NCBI GenBank assembly: GCA_963741945.1 | Contig: CAVUKA010000007.1 | Coordinates: 1-64,000 of the forward strand | From: an uncultured Gemmatimonadales bacterium | Lineage (GTDB): Bacteria; Gemmatimonadota; Gemmatimonadetes; Longimicrobiales; RSA9 | Length of the DNA stretch: 64,000 nt | Direction of reading: 5' to 3' | Shown: positions 10,926-22,426 of the stretch, piece after piece | Numbering within the stretch: position 1 is the first letter of the stretch | Layout: every line of letters starts with the position of its first letter | Program-made: the position numbers and the translations under genes | Notes under the pieces: model-generated | The model's input: only the letters and a program-made list of their open reading frames with translations | The model's database searches: none | What the model was told of the DNA's origin: nothing

Positions 10926-11896
10926 GCGGCGGCCTCCTCCCGGACCGGCTCCGGCTCGCGGCGGAATGCCACGACCCACGCCCTGGCCTCGGCCCACTCC
11001 TGGTGTGCCGTGGCCGGTTCCGGGCGACGGCGGGCGAACTTCACCTGGTCGGCTGCGCGCAGAATGCCTTCCAGCCCCCGCGCCTCCTCCGGATCGGCCA
11101 TGGCGCGGATGCGTGCCATGAGCTCCGTGGTCGTCAGCTCCTCGCCCCACGCGGGCTCCATGGCGGCGAGGAAGTGTCGGACGGCGACGGCGACGCGGAT
11201 GTAGAAGGCTTTCACCTCACCCCGCTCCAGCAGCCCGTCGGACCGGGCCGCATCCAGCGCGGCGAGCGCCCGCTCGCGCGCCGTCGGGGCGGGCGCGAGC
11301 GCCGGCTCCGGCCGTCGTTGGCGCCGCCGCCGGATCCACCAGCCCAGGAGCGCCGCCAGCAGGAGCACGGCGAGGGCAGTGAGGATGATGGGCCACCAGG
11401 ACCAGCTCCGCCCGATGACGCCTTTCGCCGGACGCGGCTCGATCCCGGCCGTGTCCGCCGGGAGGACCGACACCACCCGCAGCGTCGGCAGCTCCGCGGT
11501 CCGCGTTTCCGGCGTCTCGGCGCCGCCAATGACCTGGAACCGGGCTTCGCCGAGCGGCTGCTCCCCCGTGCGCCAGGGCGTCACCGCATACAGCGCCGTG
11601 ACCTGGAGCCGGCCGTCGTCCAGCGTGTCGACACGCTCGCGCACCCTGGCCGCGTTCTCGACGTCCGACTCCTCCGGCAGCGACAGCGTGTCCGGCCAGA
11701 TCGCGCGCTGCCCCGGGGGGAGGACGAGGCGAATCGCGACCGTGACGACGTCGCCCACTTCGGCAGAGTCGGGCACCACCGCCGTCCTGGCTCCCTGTGC
11801 CGTGAGCGCGCTGGCGGAGAGGCCCAGCAGCCAGGCGGCGAGCGCGGCCTCCCGCCTCCAGGGCATGCGGCCGTGGATGGCGCCGCCGGGGTTCAT
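10922..11896 (-). CDS. Bat-operon membrane-anchored protein (Ig-like domain, TM, cytoplasmic helical domain)
   Basis: Signal peptide, TM, ERALAALD...ELTTTEL...ADQVKFA motif; lies between DUF58 and batA. Confidence 0.75.
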   Translation of the reverse strand: MNPGGAIHGRMPWRREAALAAWLLGLSASALTAQGARTAVVPDSAEVGDVVTVAIRLVLPPGQRAIWPDTLSLPEESDVENAARVRERVDTLDDGRLQVTALYAVTPWRTGEQPLGEARFQVIGGAETPETRTAELPTLRVVSVLPADTAGIEPRPAKGVIGRSWSWWPIILTALAVLLLAALLGWWIRRRRQRRPEPALAPAPTARERALAALDAARSDGLLERGEVKAFYIRVAVAVRHFLAAMEPAWGEELTTTELMARIRAMADPEEARGLEGILRAADQVKFARRRPEPATAHQEWAEARAWVVAFRREPEPVREEAAA

Positions 11897-12911
11897 CGCG
11901 AGAGCTTCCTCTCGCGCGCGCGGAAGAACGCCATGAGTGGTCCGACGAAGGAGCCGTCGGTGTGGACTTCAATGGCGTCCACGGCGAGGCGCCGGAACGT
12001 GGTGCGCAGCGCCTGATCCTCGGCCTCGGAAAGTGCCGAATAGCGGCGGCGTAGCGAGCCGCGCCCCGTGTCCACCGCCACCTCTTCTCCCGTCTCGGGA
12101 TCGGTCAGGACGAGGATCCCGGCATCGGGGAGGGCCGCCTCCGCGGCATCCGTGACGCGAACGGCAATGACGTCGTGGCGATTGGCCACGAGGCGCAGCG
12201 TGCGCCGGAAGGCATCGAAGGCGGAATCGTCGCCTGCCTGAAAGTCGCTGAGCACGAACATGACCGAGCGGTGCGGGAGCATCCGCCCCGCGTAGTCGAG
12301 GGCCGCGGCCAGGTCCGTTCCCCGCCCCCGGGGGCGGAAGGCCAGCAGGTCGCGGATCAGGCGGAGCACGTGCCGCCGCCCCTTCTTGGGCGGCACGACG
12401 TGCTCCACGCGGTCGGTGAACAGGAGCATGCCGACCCGGTCGTTGTTCCGGATGGCGGACAGCGCGAGGACGGCCGCCAGCTCACCGGCCAGCTCCGCTT
12501 TCAGCCGCCCGCGCGTGCCGAAACGCTCCGACCCGGAGAAATCCACCAGCAGCATGACCGTGAGCTCCCGCTCCTCCACGTGCTTCTTCACGTAGGGGTG
12601 CCCCATCCGCGCCGTCACGTTCCAGTCGATGGTGCGGATGTCATCGCCAGGCTGGTACTCACGCACTTCCGCGAACTCCATCCCCTGCCCCTTGAACACG
12701 GAATGGTATTCGCCGCTGAACAGGGAGTTCACCCAGCCCCGTGTGCGCAGCTCGATCAGCCGCACCTGCCGCAGCACCTCCCGGGGCACACCACCCGGCG
12801 CCACCGGCTCGGCGGCGTCCGGGAGCGCCGCCGACGCGCGGGCCGGGGCGAAGAGCCGCGTCGCGGCAGTGCGCAGCCTGCCACCAGCCGCCTGCAGCCC
12901 GCGCTCCGACT

Positions 12912-12915
<4 letters not shown>
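11893..12915 (-). CDS. DUF58 domain protein
   Basis: GEYHSVFKGQGMEFAEVREYQPGDDIRTIDWNVTAR; TTG start overlapping the moxR stop (inferred). Confidence 0.92.
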
Positions 12916-13889
<974 letters not shown>

Positions 13890-13986
13890 TGCAACCTCCT
13901 CGCGTTCGGCAATGAATGCGCCGCCCTTCGCGTACGACGGGCGGCGCCTGAAAGATCCGGGCCGGGTGGCGCGTGCGACGCGGCCC

Positions 13987-15639
13987 CTACCGCTTGATCC
14001 GCTCCCCCGCGTCCTCGTGACGGAAGATCCACGCGGCGAGCCGGCCGGGCCGGACTTCGCGTCCCCGGTCATGGGGCTCGCGGTCCGCGCGCGAGCCGTC
14101 GCTGGCGCTCAGGCCGGTGTTCATCTCGTCGCGGATCGTGCGCAGCCGGTCGCGCCAGACCGCCCAGTTGGCGGGCCGCAGGTCGACCCAGCCGTTCTCG
14201 ACGAGGCGCGGATCGGACGGCGACTGGCCGGGCTCTGGCGCCACCTTCACCACTTCGCCGCGCAGCACCCGCTCGCCGTCCGGCAGCAGGATCGGCAGAC
14301 CAATGCTGACGATGCGGACGCGGAGCTCGCCGTCCTCCTCCAGCAGCGCCGCCGTCCTCCTCGCCGTCTCGTCCGGGTCGAGCTCCGCCGCATCATCGAC
14401 GCGGTCGAAGAGCCGGCGCAGCAGCGCCACTTCGAACAGGAGCTTCGAGAGGCGGGGAGGCCCCAGCATTTCGTAGGCGACGGACTCCACGCCATGCTCC
14501 CGCTCGAGCGCTTCCATCCTCGCCAGCGCCACCTCGCGGAGCACGCCGGCGCGGTAGGTGGGCCCGGAAGTGGACGCGTCCAGCGCCGCGATCACGTCGT
14601 GGCCGCTCGAATGGCCGCGGATCTCGCGCACCGCGTCCGCAGCGATCTCCTCGGGCGTGATGTACTCCATCAGCCCGAGTGACGTGAGCGTCTCGAACTC
14701 CCCGAGACTGAAGAGCCCGTTCTCCCCCGCGTCCAGGTAGACGCCCGCGAGGGGCTCGCCGGTGGCCCTGTACCCGGTCGACGCCTGCGCCCCGAACGCG
14801 TCCGCCAGTGGCAGCGCGGCCGTGGTCTCGCTCCGCGTGATCGCCTTCCCCCCCTTCCGCACCTCGCCGTAGCCGATCTTCTTCCAGCTGATCGCCGCCG
14901 TGGGCTTGATCTCCTTGACCGCCGGCGCGCCCGGCGTACGGGCCATCAAGTAGAGGAGGAGCGTGTGGGCGCCCGCGATGCTGGACTTGGCCAGCAGCAT
15001 CCGGCTCGGACGCTCCTCGGAGTGCGTGAACGGGATGTTCAGCCCCATTCCACCCGTGCCCGCCGTGCCGATCTTCAGGTAGAACTGCGTGCCCGCGCGG
15101 CTCATGGCCTCCAGGGCGATCTGCACGTGCCGGATCAGCTGCGGCAGGTAGAGCGTGGCCAGGTGCCGCTCCACGGTCTCACGACTGCACGGGCCGCTCC
15201 CCGCCTCCGCCCGCAGCGCGCTCGCGCTGGCGAAAACGTTCTGGTAGGCGAAAGCGGTTGCCGTGTTGACGCAGTCCACCACGATGTCGGGCCGGTGCCG
15301 CTCCAGAAGCGCGGCGAAATGGGAGCGGACCACAACATCGTCCGTCAGGTCGCCATAGAGGTCGTCGAGGAGCTGCGCCCGCGCATCGTCGTCCCCCAGC
15401 ACATCGTCGCGGCGTCGATCCTTCAACGAGGTGGGCAGGAACATGTCGCCCCACTCGGCCACGACGTCCGCGCCCCGGGCTTCGGCGCGCAGCTCTTCCG
15501 CCGCCGGGTCGACTTCCGCCCGGGTCAGCGCGGTGAGGACGATCTTTCGGGGCCCGTATGGCACGAGCGCGCGCGCCACGGCGAGGCCCACGAGCCCGGA
15601 GCCGCCCAGCAGCATGACTGTCTTGCCCTGTATGTCCAT
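13987..15639 (-). CDS. Uncharacterised long Rossmann-fold (SDR/KR-like) oxidoreductase
   Basis: N-terminal VMLLGGSGLVG dinucleotide-binding motif, DIVVDCVNTA; 550 aa. Confidence 0.7.
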   Translation of the reverse strand: MDIQGKTVMLLGGSGLVGLAVARALVPYGPRKIVLTALTRAEVDPAAEELRAEARGADVVAEWGDMFLPTSLKDRRRDDVLGDDDARAQLLDDLYGDLTDDVVVRSHFAALLERHRPDIVVDCVNTATAFAYQNVFASASALRAEAGSGPCSRETVERHLATLYLPQLIRHVQIALEAMSRAGTQFYLKIGTAGTGGMGLNIPFTHSEERPSRMLLAKSSIAGAHTLLLYLMARTPGAPAVKEIKPTAAISWKKIGYGEVRKGGKAITRSETTAALPLADAFGAQASTGYRATGEPLAGVYLDAGENGLFSLGEFETLTSLGLMEYITPEEIAADAVREIRGHSSGHDVIAALDASTSGPTYRAGVLREVALARMEALEREHGVESVAYEMLGPPRLSKLLFEVALLRRLFDRVDDAAELDPDETARRTAALLEEDGELRVRIVSIGLPILLPDGERVLRGEVVKVAPEPGQSPSDPRLVENGWVDLRPANWAVWRDRLRTIRDEMNTGLSASDGSRADREPHDRGREVRPGRLAAWIFRHEDAGERIKR

Positions 15640-15663
15640 GGAACCAGAACCCGGTGTTCAGAT

Positions 15664-16395
15664 TTAGCCACCCAGCGAACGGAGCGCCTCGGTCTCCTCC
15701 CGGGACAGCTCCCGCCACTCACCCGGCGGGAGCGCGCCGAGGGAAATCGGTCCCAGCCGCTCACGGATCAGCCGCCGGACCGGGTGCCCCAGCGCGTCGA
15801 AGATACGGCGAACTTCCCGCTTGCGCCCCTCCCGCATGACAACGCTCAGGCGCGTGTGGGGTTCCGAGCCCGCTCCGGCGCCCGCTTCCTTGCGCTCGAT
15901 GACCTCCACCCCGTGCACCCGGGCGGGGCCATCGGCCAGCTCGATTCCCCGGAGCAGCCGATCCAGCTCGACCCGCGAGACGTCGCCCACCACGTCCACC
16001 ACGTAAACCCGATCCACCTCGAAGCTGGGGTGCATGAGCCGGTTCGCCACGCCACCCTCGTTCGTCAGGAGCAGCAGTCCCTCACTGCCCAGGTCCAGGC
16101 GCCCGACGTGGAACAGCGCACCAAACCGCTCCGGGACGAGGTCGTACACCGTCGGCCGACCCTCCGGGTCGTCGCGCGTGGTCACGTACCCCTCCGGCTT
16201 GTGGACCAGCACCCAGACCGGCGACTCCGGCTCCACTGCCCGCCCGTCCACTTCCACCCGGTCCGACTCCGAAACCTTGATCCCCATCTCCGTGACGACC
16301 GCCCCGTTCACCCGCACGCGACCCGCACGGATCAGCTCCTCCGCGGCGCGCCTCGATGCGACGCCAGCCCGCGACAGGTACTTCTGCAGCCTCAA
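15664..16395 (-). CDS. rluB: rRNA pseudouridine synthase (RluB/RsuA family)
   Basis: S4 domain RLQKYLSRAGVASRR, catalytic VGRLD, EGRKREVRR; follows scpB. Confidence 0.9.
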   Translation of the reverse strand: MRLQKYLSRAGVASRRAAEELIRAGRVRVNGAVVTEMGIKVSESDRVEVDGRAVEPESPVWVLVHKPEGYVTTRDDPEGRPTVYDLVPERFGALFHVGRLDLGSEGLLLLTNEGGVANRLMHPSFEVDRVYVVDVVGDVSRVELDRLLRGIELADGPARVHGVEVIERKEAGAGAGSEPHTRLSVVMREGRKREVRRIFDALGHPVRRLIRERLGPISLGALPPGEWRELSREETEALRSLGG

Positions 16396-17135
16396 GGACC
16401 GACCTCCTCCCCGTCGACGTCCGCGTCGGGCCCGGACTCCGGACCGCGCTCGTCCCCGGAGCGTTCCTCCGACTCGATCCGCTCCTCCGATGCGGCGCGT
16501 TCCTGCGACTCCGCCCGTTCCTGCGACTCCGCGCCTTCCTCCGACGCGGCGCGCTCCTCCGACGCGGCGCCTTCCTCCGATCCGGTCGTGCGGCTCTCGC
16601 CAGGGCCGCGCCGCTCGGCCAGGACCACGGGGAGCTCGTCGGGCCTGGGGAGATCCTGAAGGGAAGCGAAGCCGAAGTGCTCGAGAAAGCGGGCGGTGGT
16701 GCCATAGAGCAGAGGCCGCCCCAGCCCTTCGCCCCGGCCGACCACCTCCACCAGTCCGACGTCGACGAGGGTGCGCAGGACGCCTGAGGAGCTCACACCG
16801 CGGATCTCCTCGACTTCCGCGCGGCCGATGGGCTGGCGGTAAACCACGATGGCCAGCGCCTCGAGCGCCGCGCCGCTCAGCCGGGCGTTGCGGGCAATGG
16901 TCTCGAAGCGCTCCAGGTGCGGCGCGTACTCGGGGCGCGTCAGGAGCTGGAAGCCACCCGCCAGCTCGTAGATCTGGAAAGCGCGGTCCTGGGCATTGTA
17001 CTCCCGCCGCAGCTGCTGGATGGCCTCGCGCACGGCATCGCCGTCGAGCCCTTCCTCCCCGCGGGCCAGGTCCTCGGGGCTGAGCGGTGCGTCACTGGCG
17101 AACAGCAGTGCTTCAATGATCTGCGTCGTCTGCAT
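16392..17135 (-). CDS. scpB: SMC-Scp complex subunit ScpB
   Basis: IEALLFAS, LSGAALEALAIV.YRQP, IRGV, GRPLLYGTT.RFLEHFG...DLP. Confidence 0.95.
   Translation of the reverse strand: MQTTQIIEALLFASDAPLSPEDLARGEEGLDGDAVREAIQQLRREYNAQDRAFQIYELAGGFQLLTRPEYAPHLERFETIARNARLSGAALEALAIVVYRQPIGRAEVEEIRGVSSSGVLRTLVDVGLVEVVGRGEGLGRPLLYGTTARFLEHFGFASLQDLPRPDELPVVLAERRGPGESRTTGSEEGAASEERAASEEGAESQERAESQERAASEERIESEERSGDERGPESGPDADVDGEEVGP
16465..16581. repeat. Imperfect 18-bp tandem repeat (~6.5 copies) in the scpB 3' end
   Basis: Units such as tcctccgacgcggcgcgc and tcctgcgactccgcccgt, encoding S(E/Q)E(R/G)A(A/E) hexapeptides. Confidence 0.85.
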
Positions 17136-17913
17136 CTGCGTCCTGTTCCTGTGGGCCCTGTTCGCCCTCGCGGCGATAGAGCCAGACCGGTGCGAACGGC
17201 CCGCCCTGCCGGATGGCGATGAGGCGCCGGCGCGCCAGCTCGAGCGCCGCCATGAGCGTGGTCACGGCATGGAGACGGTCGGGGTGGGCGCGCAGCAGCT
17301 CCTGGAACTCCACGCGGCTCATGCGGCCGAGCGTCTCCACGATCAGGTCCAGCTTCTCTTCCAGCGTCACCGTGCGAGGGTTGACGCGGTGGGCCTCCGG
17401 CGGTCGGGTCCGATCGATGAGCTCGTAGAGCGCGTCCCACACCTCGCCCCAGTCCACGTCCAGCTCCTGCTCGGTGGGGTCCGGCGGCGGCCGGGGCGGA
17501 ATGTAGCCCCGGCCGTAGTGACGGGCGCGGTCCGCCTCCGCCTCCTCCAGGCGATCCGCCGCATCACGGAAATGCTCGTATTCCAGGAGCCGGCGCACCA
17601 GCTCGGCTCGAGGGTCCTCCAGCTCTCCGCTCTCGACCAGCCGCCGCGGAAGCAGCATCTGCGACTTGATCCGGATCAGCGTGGCCGCCATTTCCAGGAA
17701 CTCGCCCGCGCGATCCAGCGGGAGCACCTCGATGCCCTCGATGGCCCGGAGGAACTGCTCCGTGATCCGCGCGATCGGGATATCGAAGATGTCGATATCC
17801 TGCTCGCGGATCAGGTGGAGCAGGAGGTCGAGCGGCCCTTCGAACCTGTCCAGCTCCACCACGAACGCGCCCTCGCCGGCCCGCTCCTGCCCGCCCTCCC
17901 TCAGACCAGCCAT
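17113..17913 (-). CDS. scpA: Segregation/condensation protein ScpA (kleisin)
   Basis: FEGPLDLLLHLI, DIFDIPIARIT, EFLEMAATLIRIKS.MLLP, LVRRLLEY. Confidence 0.95.
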   Translation of the reverse strand: MAGLREGGQERAGEGAFVVELDRFEGPLDLLLHLIREQDIDIFDIPIARITEQFLRAIEGIEVLPLDRAGEFLEMAATLIRIKSQMLLPRRLVESGELEDPRAELVRRLLEYEHFRDAADRLEEAEADRARHYGRGYIPPRPPPDPTEQELDVDWGEVWDALYELIDRTRPPEAHRVNPRTVTLEEKLDLIVETLGRMSRVEFQELLRAHPDRLHAVTTLMAALELARRRLIAIRQGGPFAPVWLYRREGEQGPQEQDADADDADH

Positions 17914-18566
17914 TGCACCAGCGAGAACGCGGCATCGCTCAACGCGTAGGCAGGCCAGAGCAGGATCGAGAAGACGCCGGGCACGAGGAAGATGGCCAGC
18001 ATCATGATCCCCAGCCCGTAGCGGCCGAGCTGCTGGTAACGACCGCGCACCGAGGCCGGCAACAGGTGGAAGAGCACGTGCGACCCGTCGAGCGGCGGCA
18101 GCGGTATCAGGTTGAAGAACGCCAGGATCAGGTTCAGCAGCACGCCGAGAGAGCTCATCCGCAGGACCACGGTGGCGGCGCCCTCGAGAGCCGGAACGCT
18201 CCGCCCCACGCCCAGCGCCACCGCCATGAGCACCGTGAACCCGACCGCCAGGAGCAGGTTCGTGGTGACACCGGCCAGGGAGACCAGGATGTCGCCCCGC
18301 CGATAGTCCCGGTAGTTCCGCGGATCCACCGGCACCGGTCTCGCCCACCCGAACAGCAGCCCGCCGGGCATCAGCAGCAGCGCGAGCGGGATCAGGAGGC
18401 TGCCGATCGGGTCGATGTGGGGCACGGGATTCAACGTCAGGCGGCCCGCCCGCAACGCCGTGTCGTCCCCCTGCTTCAGCGCCACCCAGCCGTGCGCCAC
18501 TTCATGGAGCACGATGGAGACCAGCAGCACGGGGAGGAAGATCAGGACTCGCTCGATCCGTTCCAT
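17901..18566 (-). CDS. Site-2 protease family (M50) membrane metalloprotease
   Basis: HEVAH, GRLTLNP..HIDP, FGWARPVP, FNLIPLPPLDG. Confidence 0.93.
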   Translation of the reverse strand: MERIERVLIFLPVLLVSIVLHEVAHGWVALKQGDDTALRAGRLTLNPVPHIDPIGSLLIPLALLLMPGGLLFGWARPVPVDPRNYRDYRRGDILVSLAGVTTNLLLAVGFTVLMAVALGVGRSVPALEGAATVVLRMSSLGVLLNLILAFFNLIPLPPLDGSHVLFHLLPASVRGRYQQLGRYGLGIMMLAIFLVPGVFSILLWPAYALSDAAFSLVQWLV

Positions 18567-18637
18567 GGGTGCGGAAGCTACGTTCGGGCGGGCCCGCACG
18601 CCACCGCACGCCATCCGCACCGCTGCGCCGCCAGACG

Positions 18638-18666
18638 TTGACAGCACCGCTCCGTCCGCCTAACCT
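18638..18666 (+). promoter_or_regulatory. sigma70 promoter of rpsT
   Basis: TTGACA-17 nt-TAACCT, 45 nt upstream of the rpsT start. Confidence 0.75.
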
Positions 18667-18711
18667 TACAGGCTTTCGGGACGCAGAACGACTACGCGGG
18701 AGACAGGCACG

Positions 18712-18975
18712 TTGGCGAACAGCAAGAGCGCATCCAAGCGGATCCGTCAGAACGAGCGGCGGCTGGAGCGGAACCGGCAGCAGCGGTCCAAGCTCAAGAC
18801 GGCCATCAAGAAAGTAATGACGGCCGACGACGGCGATACGGCCACGCAGGCGTTCAAGAGCGCCTCCGCGCTCCTGGACCGGTTCTCCACGCGCAACCTG
18901 GTGCACCGCAACAAGGCCGCGCGGAAGAAGTCGCAGCTCGCGAAGATCGTCGCCGCGAAGGGCGGGCAGGTCTGA
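18712..18975 (+). CDS. rpsT: 30S ribosomal protein S20
   Basis: MANSKSASKRIRQNERR...VHRNKAARKKSQLAK; TTG start. Confidence 0.97.
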   Translation: MANSKSASKRIRQNERRLERNRQQRSKLKTAIKKVMTADDGDTATQAFKSASALLDRFSTRNLVHRNKAARKKSQLAKIVAAKGGQV

Positions 18976-19007
18976 CGGCCTAGCCCACCGCGCTGCGCGG
19001 AACACCG

Positions 19008-19044
19008 GGGCCGCCGCCGTCATCAGGACGGGGGCGGCCCTTCT
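19008..19044 (+). terminator. Intrinsic terminator between convergent rpsT and yhaM
   Basis: GGGCCGCC-g-CCGTC atcag GACGG-g-GGCGGCCC hairpin followed by TTCT. Confidence 0.6.
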
Positions 19045-19058
19045 GTCGTCGGGGTCGC

Positions 19059-20138
19059 TCAATCGAAGAGCGAGAGCGTGTCCGGGTCCGGCTTGCCGGT
19101 GGGGTCGGCCGGGGGCTGGGCGGCGGGGTCGCGGGCGCCCTCGTGCTTGAGCAGCTCCCGACCGAAGGCGCGGGAGTACTCGGTCCAGCCGGACTCGCTC
19201 CCGCGCACGAGGTCGATGGCCTGCTGCATCTTCGCGTCCGTGTCGTCGGCGTGGTGCAGCAGCAGCGCCTCGAGCGTCAGCGGCTCGCGCGGGCTCTGCC
19301 ACTCGTAACGTCCCTGGTGCGCGGCGACCAGGTGCTGGACGAGCCGCAGGCGGTCGTCGGGGACGCCGGCGCGGCGGCCTGCCTCGTGGACCATCTCGAG
19401 ACCCAGGAGGATGTGCCCGAGCAGCTTGCCTTCCGTGGTGTAGGGGAACCCGGCCTCCGTGGCGATCTCTCGCACTTTCCCGATGTCGTGCAGGAGCGCG
19501 CCGGTGATCAGCAGGTCGCGGTCCACCACGGGCCCGTAGTGCACAGCCATGGCGTCGCAGAGGCGGGTGACGGAGATCGTGTGCTCGAGGAGTCCGCCGA
19601 CGTAGGCGTGGTGGTTGCGCATGGCCGCGGGGGCGCGACGGAACCACTGCCCCGTCTCCGTGTTCGGCCCCAGGAGGGCGCGCAGCAGCTTCCGCAACGG
19701 CGCTTCGCTCACCGAGCCCAGGAGCTCCATGAGCTCGTTGCCCATCTCGGTGAAGTCGCGGGGGCAGCGAGGCATGAAGAAGCCGAGGTCCTCGGGCTCG
19801 ACCTTCACCCGCTGGAGCTCATCGACATTGACCTGGCGCTCGCCCTTGAACACCTCGACCCGACCGCGGACACCCACGTAGATGCCCGGCCTGGCAATGG
19901 CGCCGAGCGCTTCGGCGCCATCCCACACGCGCGCTTCCACGGTGCCGTGCAGGTCGCTCAGCTGGAGTCGAAGATAGGGCTTGTCGTGCTTGGTCCGGGC
20001 CAGCGACGATCGCGTGATGCTGTAGCAGGCGACGATCCGGTCGCCGGAGTCCAGCTCCGCCGCCGGCGGCCACGGCAGCGGTGCGCCCGCGAGCCATTCC
20101 CGCATGGCCACGGCCGCGTCGCCGGCGCGCTCAGCCAT
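19059..20138 (-). CDS. yhaM: YhaM-like 3'-5' exoribonuclease (OB fold plus HD domain)
   Basis: KPYLRLQLSD.HG.VEARVWD OB fold; APAA..NHHAYVGGLLEHT, LLHDIGK, HHADDTDAK. Confidence 0.85.
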   Translation of the reverse strand: MAERAGDAAVAMREWLAGAPLPWPPAAELDSGDRIVACYSITRSSLARTKHDKPYLRLQLSDLHGTVEARVWDGAEALGAIARPGIYVGVRGRVEVFKGERQVNVDELQRVKVEPEDLGFFMPRCPRDFTEMGNELMELLGSVSEAPLRKLLRALLGPNTETGQWFRRAPAAMRNHHAYVGGLLEHTISVTRLCDAMAVHYGPVVDRDLLITGALLHDIGKVREIATEAGFPYTTEGKLLGHILLGLEMVHEAGRRAGVPDDRLRLVQHLVAAHQGRYEWQSPREPLTLEALLLHHADDTDAKMQQAIDLVRGSESGWTEYSRAFGRELLKHEGARDPAAQPPADPTGKPDPDTLSLFD

Positions 20139-21471
20139 GCCGCCGCGCCTGCTGCCGTGCGGCGGCCAGCCCCTGATCCGCACTCCACACGACTCGTCCG
20201 TCCACGATGGTCAGCCGGTTGCGCCCTTTGAGCGCGCGTCCGGCGAACGGTGTGTTGCGGCTCTTGGAGACGAACTCCGCCGGGTCCACCACCCATTCGT
20301 GGGCGGGATCGAAGACGGTGACGTCCGCGGGCGCGCCCCTGGCCAGCGTGCCGGCCGGGAGGTTGAACGCCCGGGCGGGCGACGTGCTCATGCGCTCGAC
20401 GAGGGTCATCAGGTCGATGACCCCGCCGTCCACCAGCTCGGTGAGGCCGAGCCCGAGCGCGGTCTCCAGACCCACCAACCCGAACGGCGCGTCCTCGAAC
20501 GCCTGCTCCTTCTCGTCGTAGTGGTGCGGCGCGTGATCCGTGGCGATGCAGTCCAGCGTGCCATCCCGAATGCCTTCCCGGACTGCCGCCACGTCCTGCG
20601 CGGTCCGGAGCGGCGGGTTCACTTTCGCTTCCGTCCGGTAACCGACCACGGCTTCATCCGTGAGCGTGAAATGGTGGGGCGTGCCTTCCGCGGTCACGCG
20701 CACGCCGCGCTCCTTGGCCATCCGGATGATCTCGACGCCGCGCCGCGTGGAGACGTGCTGGATGTGGATGTGCCCGCCCGTGAACTCGGCGAGGAAGAGG
20801 TCGCGGGCGATCATGACCTCTTCGGCCACTGCGGGGATCCCGGTGATGCCGAGTCGCGTGGAGACCACGCCCTCGTTCATCGAGCCGCCGCGGGAGAGCG
20901 TCCGGTCCTCGCAATGGTCCGCCACCGGGATGTCGAACGTGCGGACGTACTCCAGCGCGAGGCGCATGAGCCCGCTGTCGTAGACCGGCAAACCATCGTC
21001 GGTGATCCCCACCGCACCGGCTTCCACCATCTCGCCCACGAGCGTCAGCTGCTCGCCGCGCTGCCCTACGGAAATGGCGCCCAGCGGATAGACGCGCGCC
21101 GCCCCCGCGCGGCGCCCCTGCGCGAGGACGTAGCCCACGGCGGCGGGATCGTCCGTGGGCGGATCGGTGTTCGGCATCGAGCAGATGGAGGTGAAGCCAC
21201 CCACGGCCGCCGCCCAGGCGCCGGTGCCGATGGTCTCCTTGTGCTCGCCGCCCGGCTCCCGCAGGTGCACGTGGACGTCCACCAGCCCCGGCGCGACCAC
21301 GAGGCCGGATACATCGCGCACGTCCGCCCCGTCCGGCGTGCCCAGCCCCTTCCCCACTCCCGCCACCTTGCCCTCGTCCAGCAGGACGTCGACCACCTCG
21401 TCGATCCCCTGCGACGGGTCCACCACTCGTCCGCCCTTCAGCAGGATCGGTCGCTCAGCCATGACTCTCAT
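20131..21471 (-). CDS. pyrC: Dihydroorotase
   Basis: [42 protein letters not shown]. Confidence 0.95.
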   Translation of the reverse strand: MRVMAERPILLKGGRVVDPSQGIDEVVDVLLDEGKVAGVGKGLGTPDGADVRDVSGLVVAPGLVDVHVHLREPGGEHKETIGTGAWAAAVGGFTSICSMPNTDPPTDDPAAVGYVLAQGRRAGAARVYPLGAISVGQRGEQLTLVGEMVEAGAVGITDDGLPVYDSGLMRLALEYVRTFDIPVADHCEDRTLSRGGSMNEGVVSTRLGITGIPAVAEEVMIARDLFLAEFTGGHIHIQHVSTRRGVEIIRMAKERGVRVTAEGTPHHFTLTDEAVVGYRTEAKVNPPLRTAQDVAAVREGIRDGTLDCIATDHAPHHYDEKEQAFEDAPFGLVGLETALGLGLTELVDGGVIDLMTLVERMSTSPARAFNLPAGTLARGAPADVTVFDPAHEWVVDPAEFVSKSRNTPFAGRALKGRNRLTIVDGRVVWSADQGLAAARQQARRHG

Positions 21472-22426
21472 CCCCCTTCGCCGCTTCCGCCCGCTCGGGC
21501 GCCCCGCCCGCCAGCAGGTAGAGCACCGCCATTCGCACGGCCACGCCGTTCGTCACCTGCTCCAGGATCACCGACTGCGGACCGTCCGCCACGTCACTGT
21601 CGATCTCCACGCCACGATTCATGGGGCCGGGGTGCAGGATCACGATCTTCCGCGGCGCAGCTTCCACCCGCTCCCGCGTCACGCCGAAGATCCGGTTGTA
21701 CTCCCGCAGGCTGGGCACGTACCCGCCCTGCATCCGCTCCAGCTGCAGGCGCAGCACGTTCAGCACGTCCGCCCACTCGATGGCCGCCTCGATGCGATCG
21801 AACACGGTCACGCCGAGCTCGGCGACACCGGCGGGGAGCAGCGTCCGGGGGCCGCAGACGGCCACTTCGGCCCCCAGCGTGCGCAGCCCGAAGATGTTGG
21901 AGCGGGCCACGCGTGAGTGGAGGATGTCGCCCACGATGCACACCTTCACGCCCTCGATCCGGCCGAGGTGGTCCCGGATCGTGAGCATGTCCAGCAAGCC
22001 CTGCGTGGGGTGCTCGTGGCGGCCGTCGCCCGCGTTGATGACGTTGGACGGGATCCGCTCGGCCAGGAAGTGGGCGGCGCCGGAGGAGCCGTGGCGCATG
22101 ACCACCATGTCGATGCGCATGGACTCCAGGTTCCTGGCCGTATCCACCAGCGTCTCGCCCTTCACCACGCTCGACCCGGAGCTGGCGATGTTCACCGTGT
22201 CGGCGCTCAGGCGCTTTTCCGCGAACTCGAACGAGACCCGCGTGCGCGTGGATGGCTCGAAGAAGAGATTGACGATCGTCTTCCCGCGCAGCACGGGGAC
22301 CTTCTTGATCTGCCGCTCGCTGATCTCCTTGAACGGCTCGGCCGTGTCAAGGATCCCACGGATCTGCGCGGCCGACAGCCCCTCGAGGCCGATCAGGTCC
22401 TTCCCCAGGTACGTAGCCGCGGTCAT
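21455..22426 (-). CDS. pyrB: Aspartate carbamoyltransferase catalytic subunit
   Basis: [44 protein letters not shown]. Confidence 0.97.
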   Translation of the reverse strand: MTAATYLGKDLIGLEGLSAAQIRGILDTAEPFKEISERQIKKVPVLRGKTIVNLFFEPSTRTRVSFEFAEKRLSADTVNIASSGSSVVKGETLVDTARNLESMRIDMVVMRHGSSGAAHFLAERIPSNVINAGDGRHEHPTQGLLDMLTIRDHLGRIEGVKVCIVGDILHSRVARSNIFGLRTLGAEVAVCGPRTLLPAGVAELGVTVFDRIEAAIEWADVLNVLRLQLERMQGGYVPSLREYNRIFGVTRERVEAAPRKIVILHPGPMNRGVEIDSDVADGPQSVILEQVTNGVAVRMAVLYLLAGGAPERAEAAKGDESHG

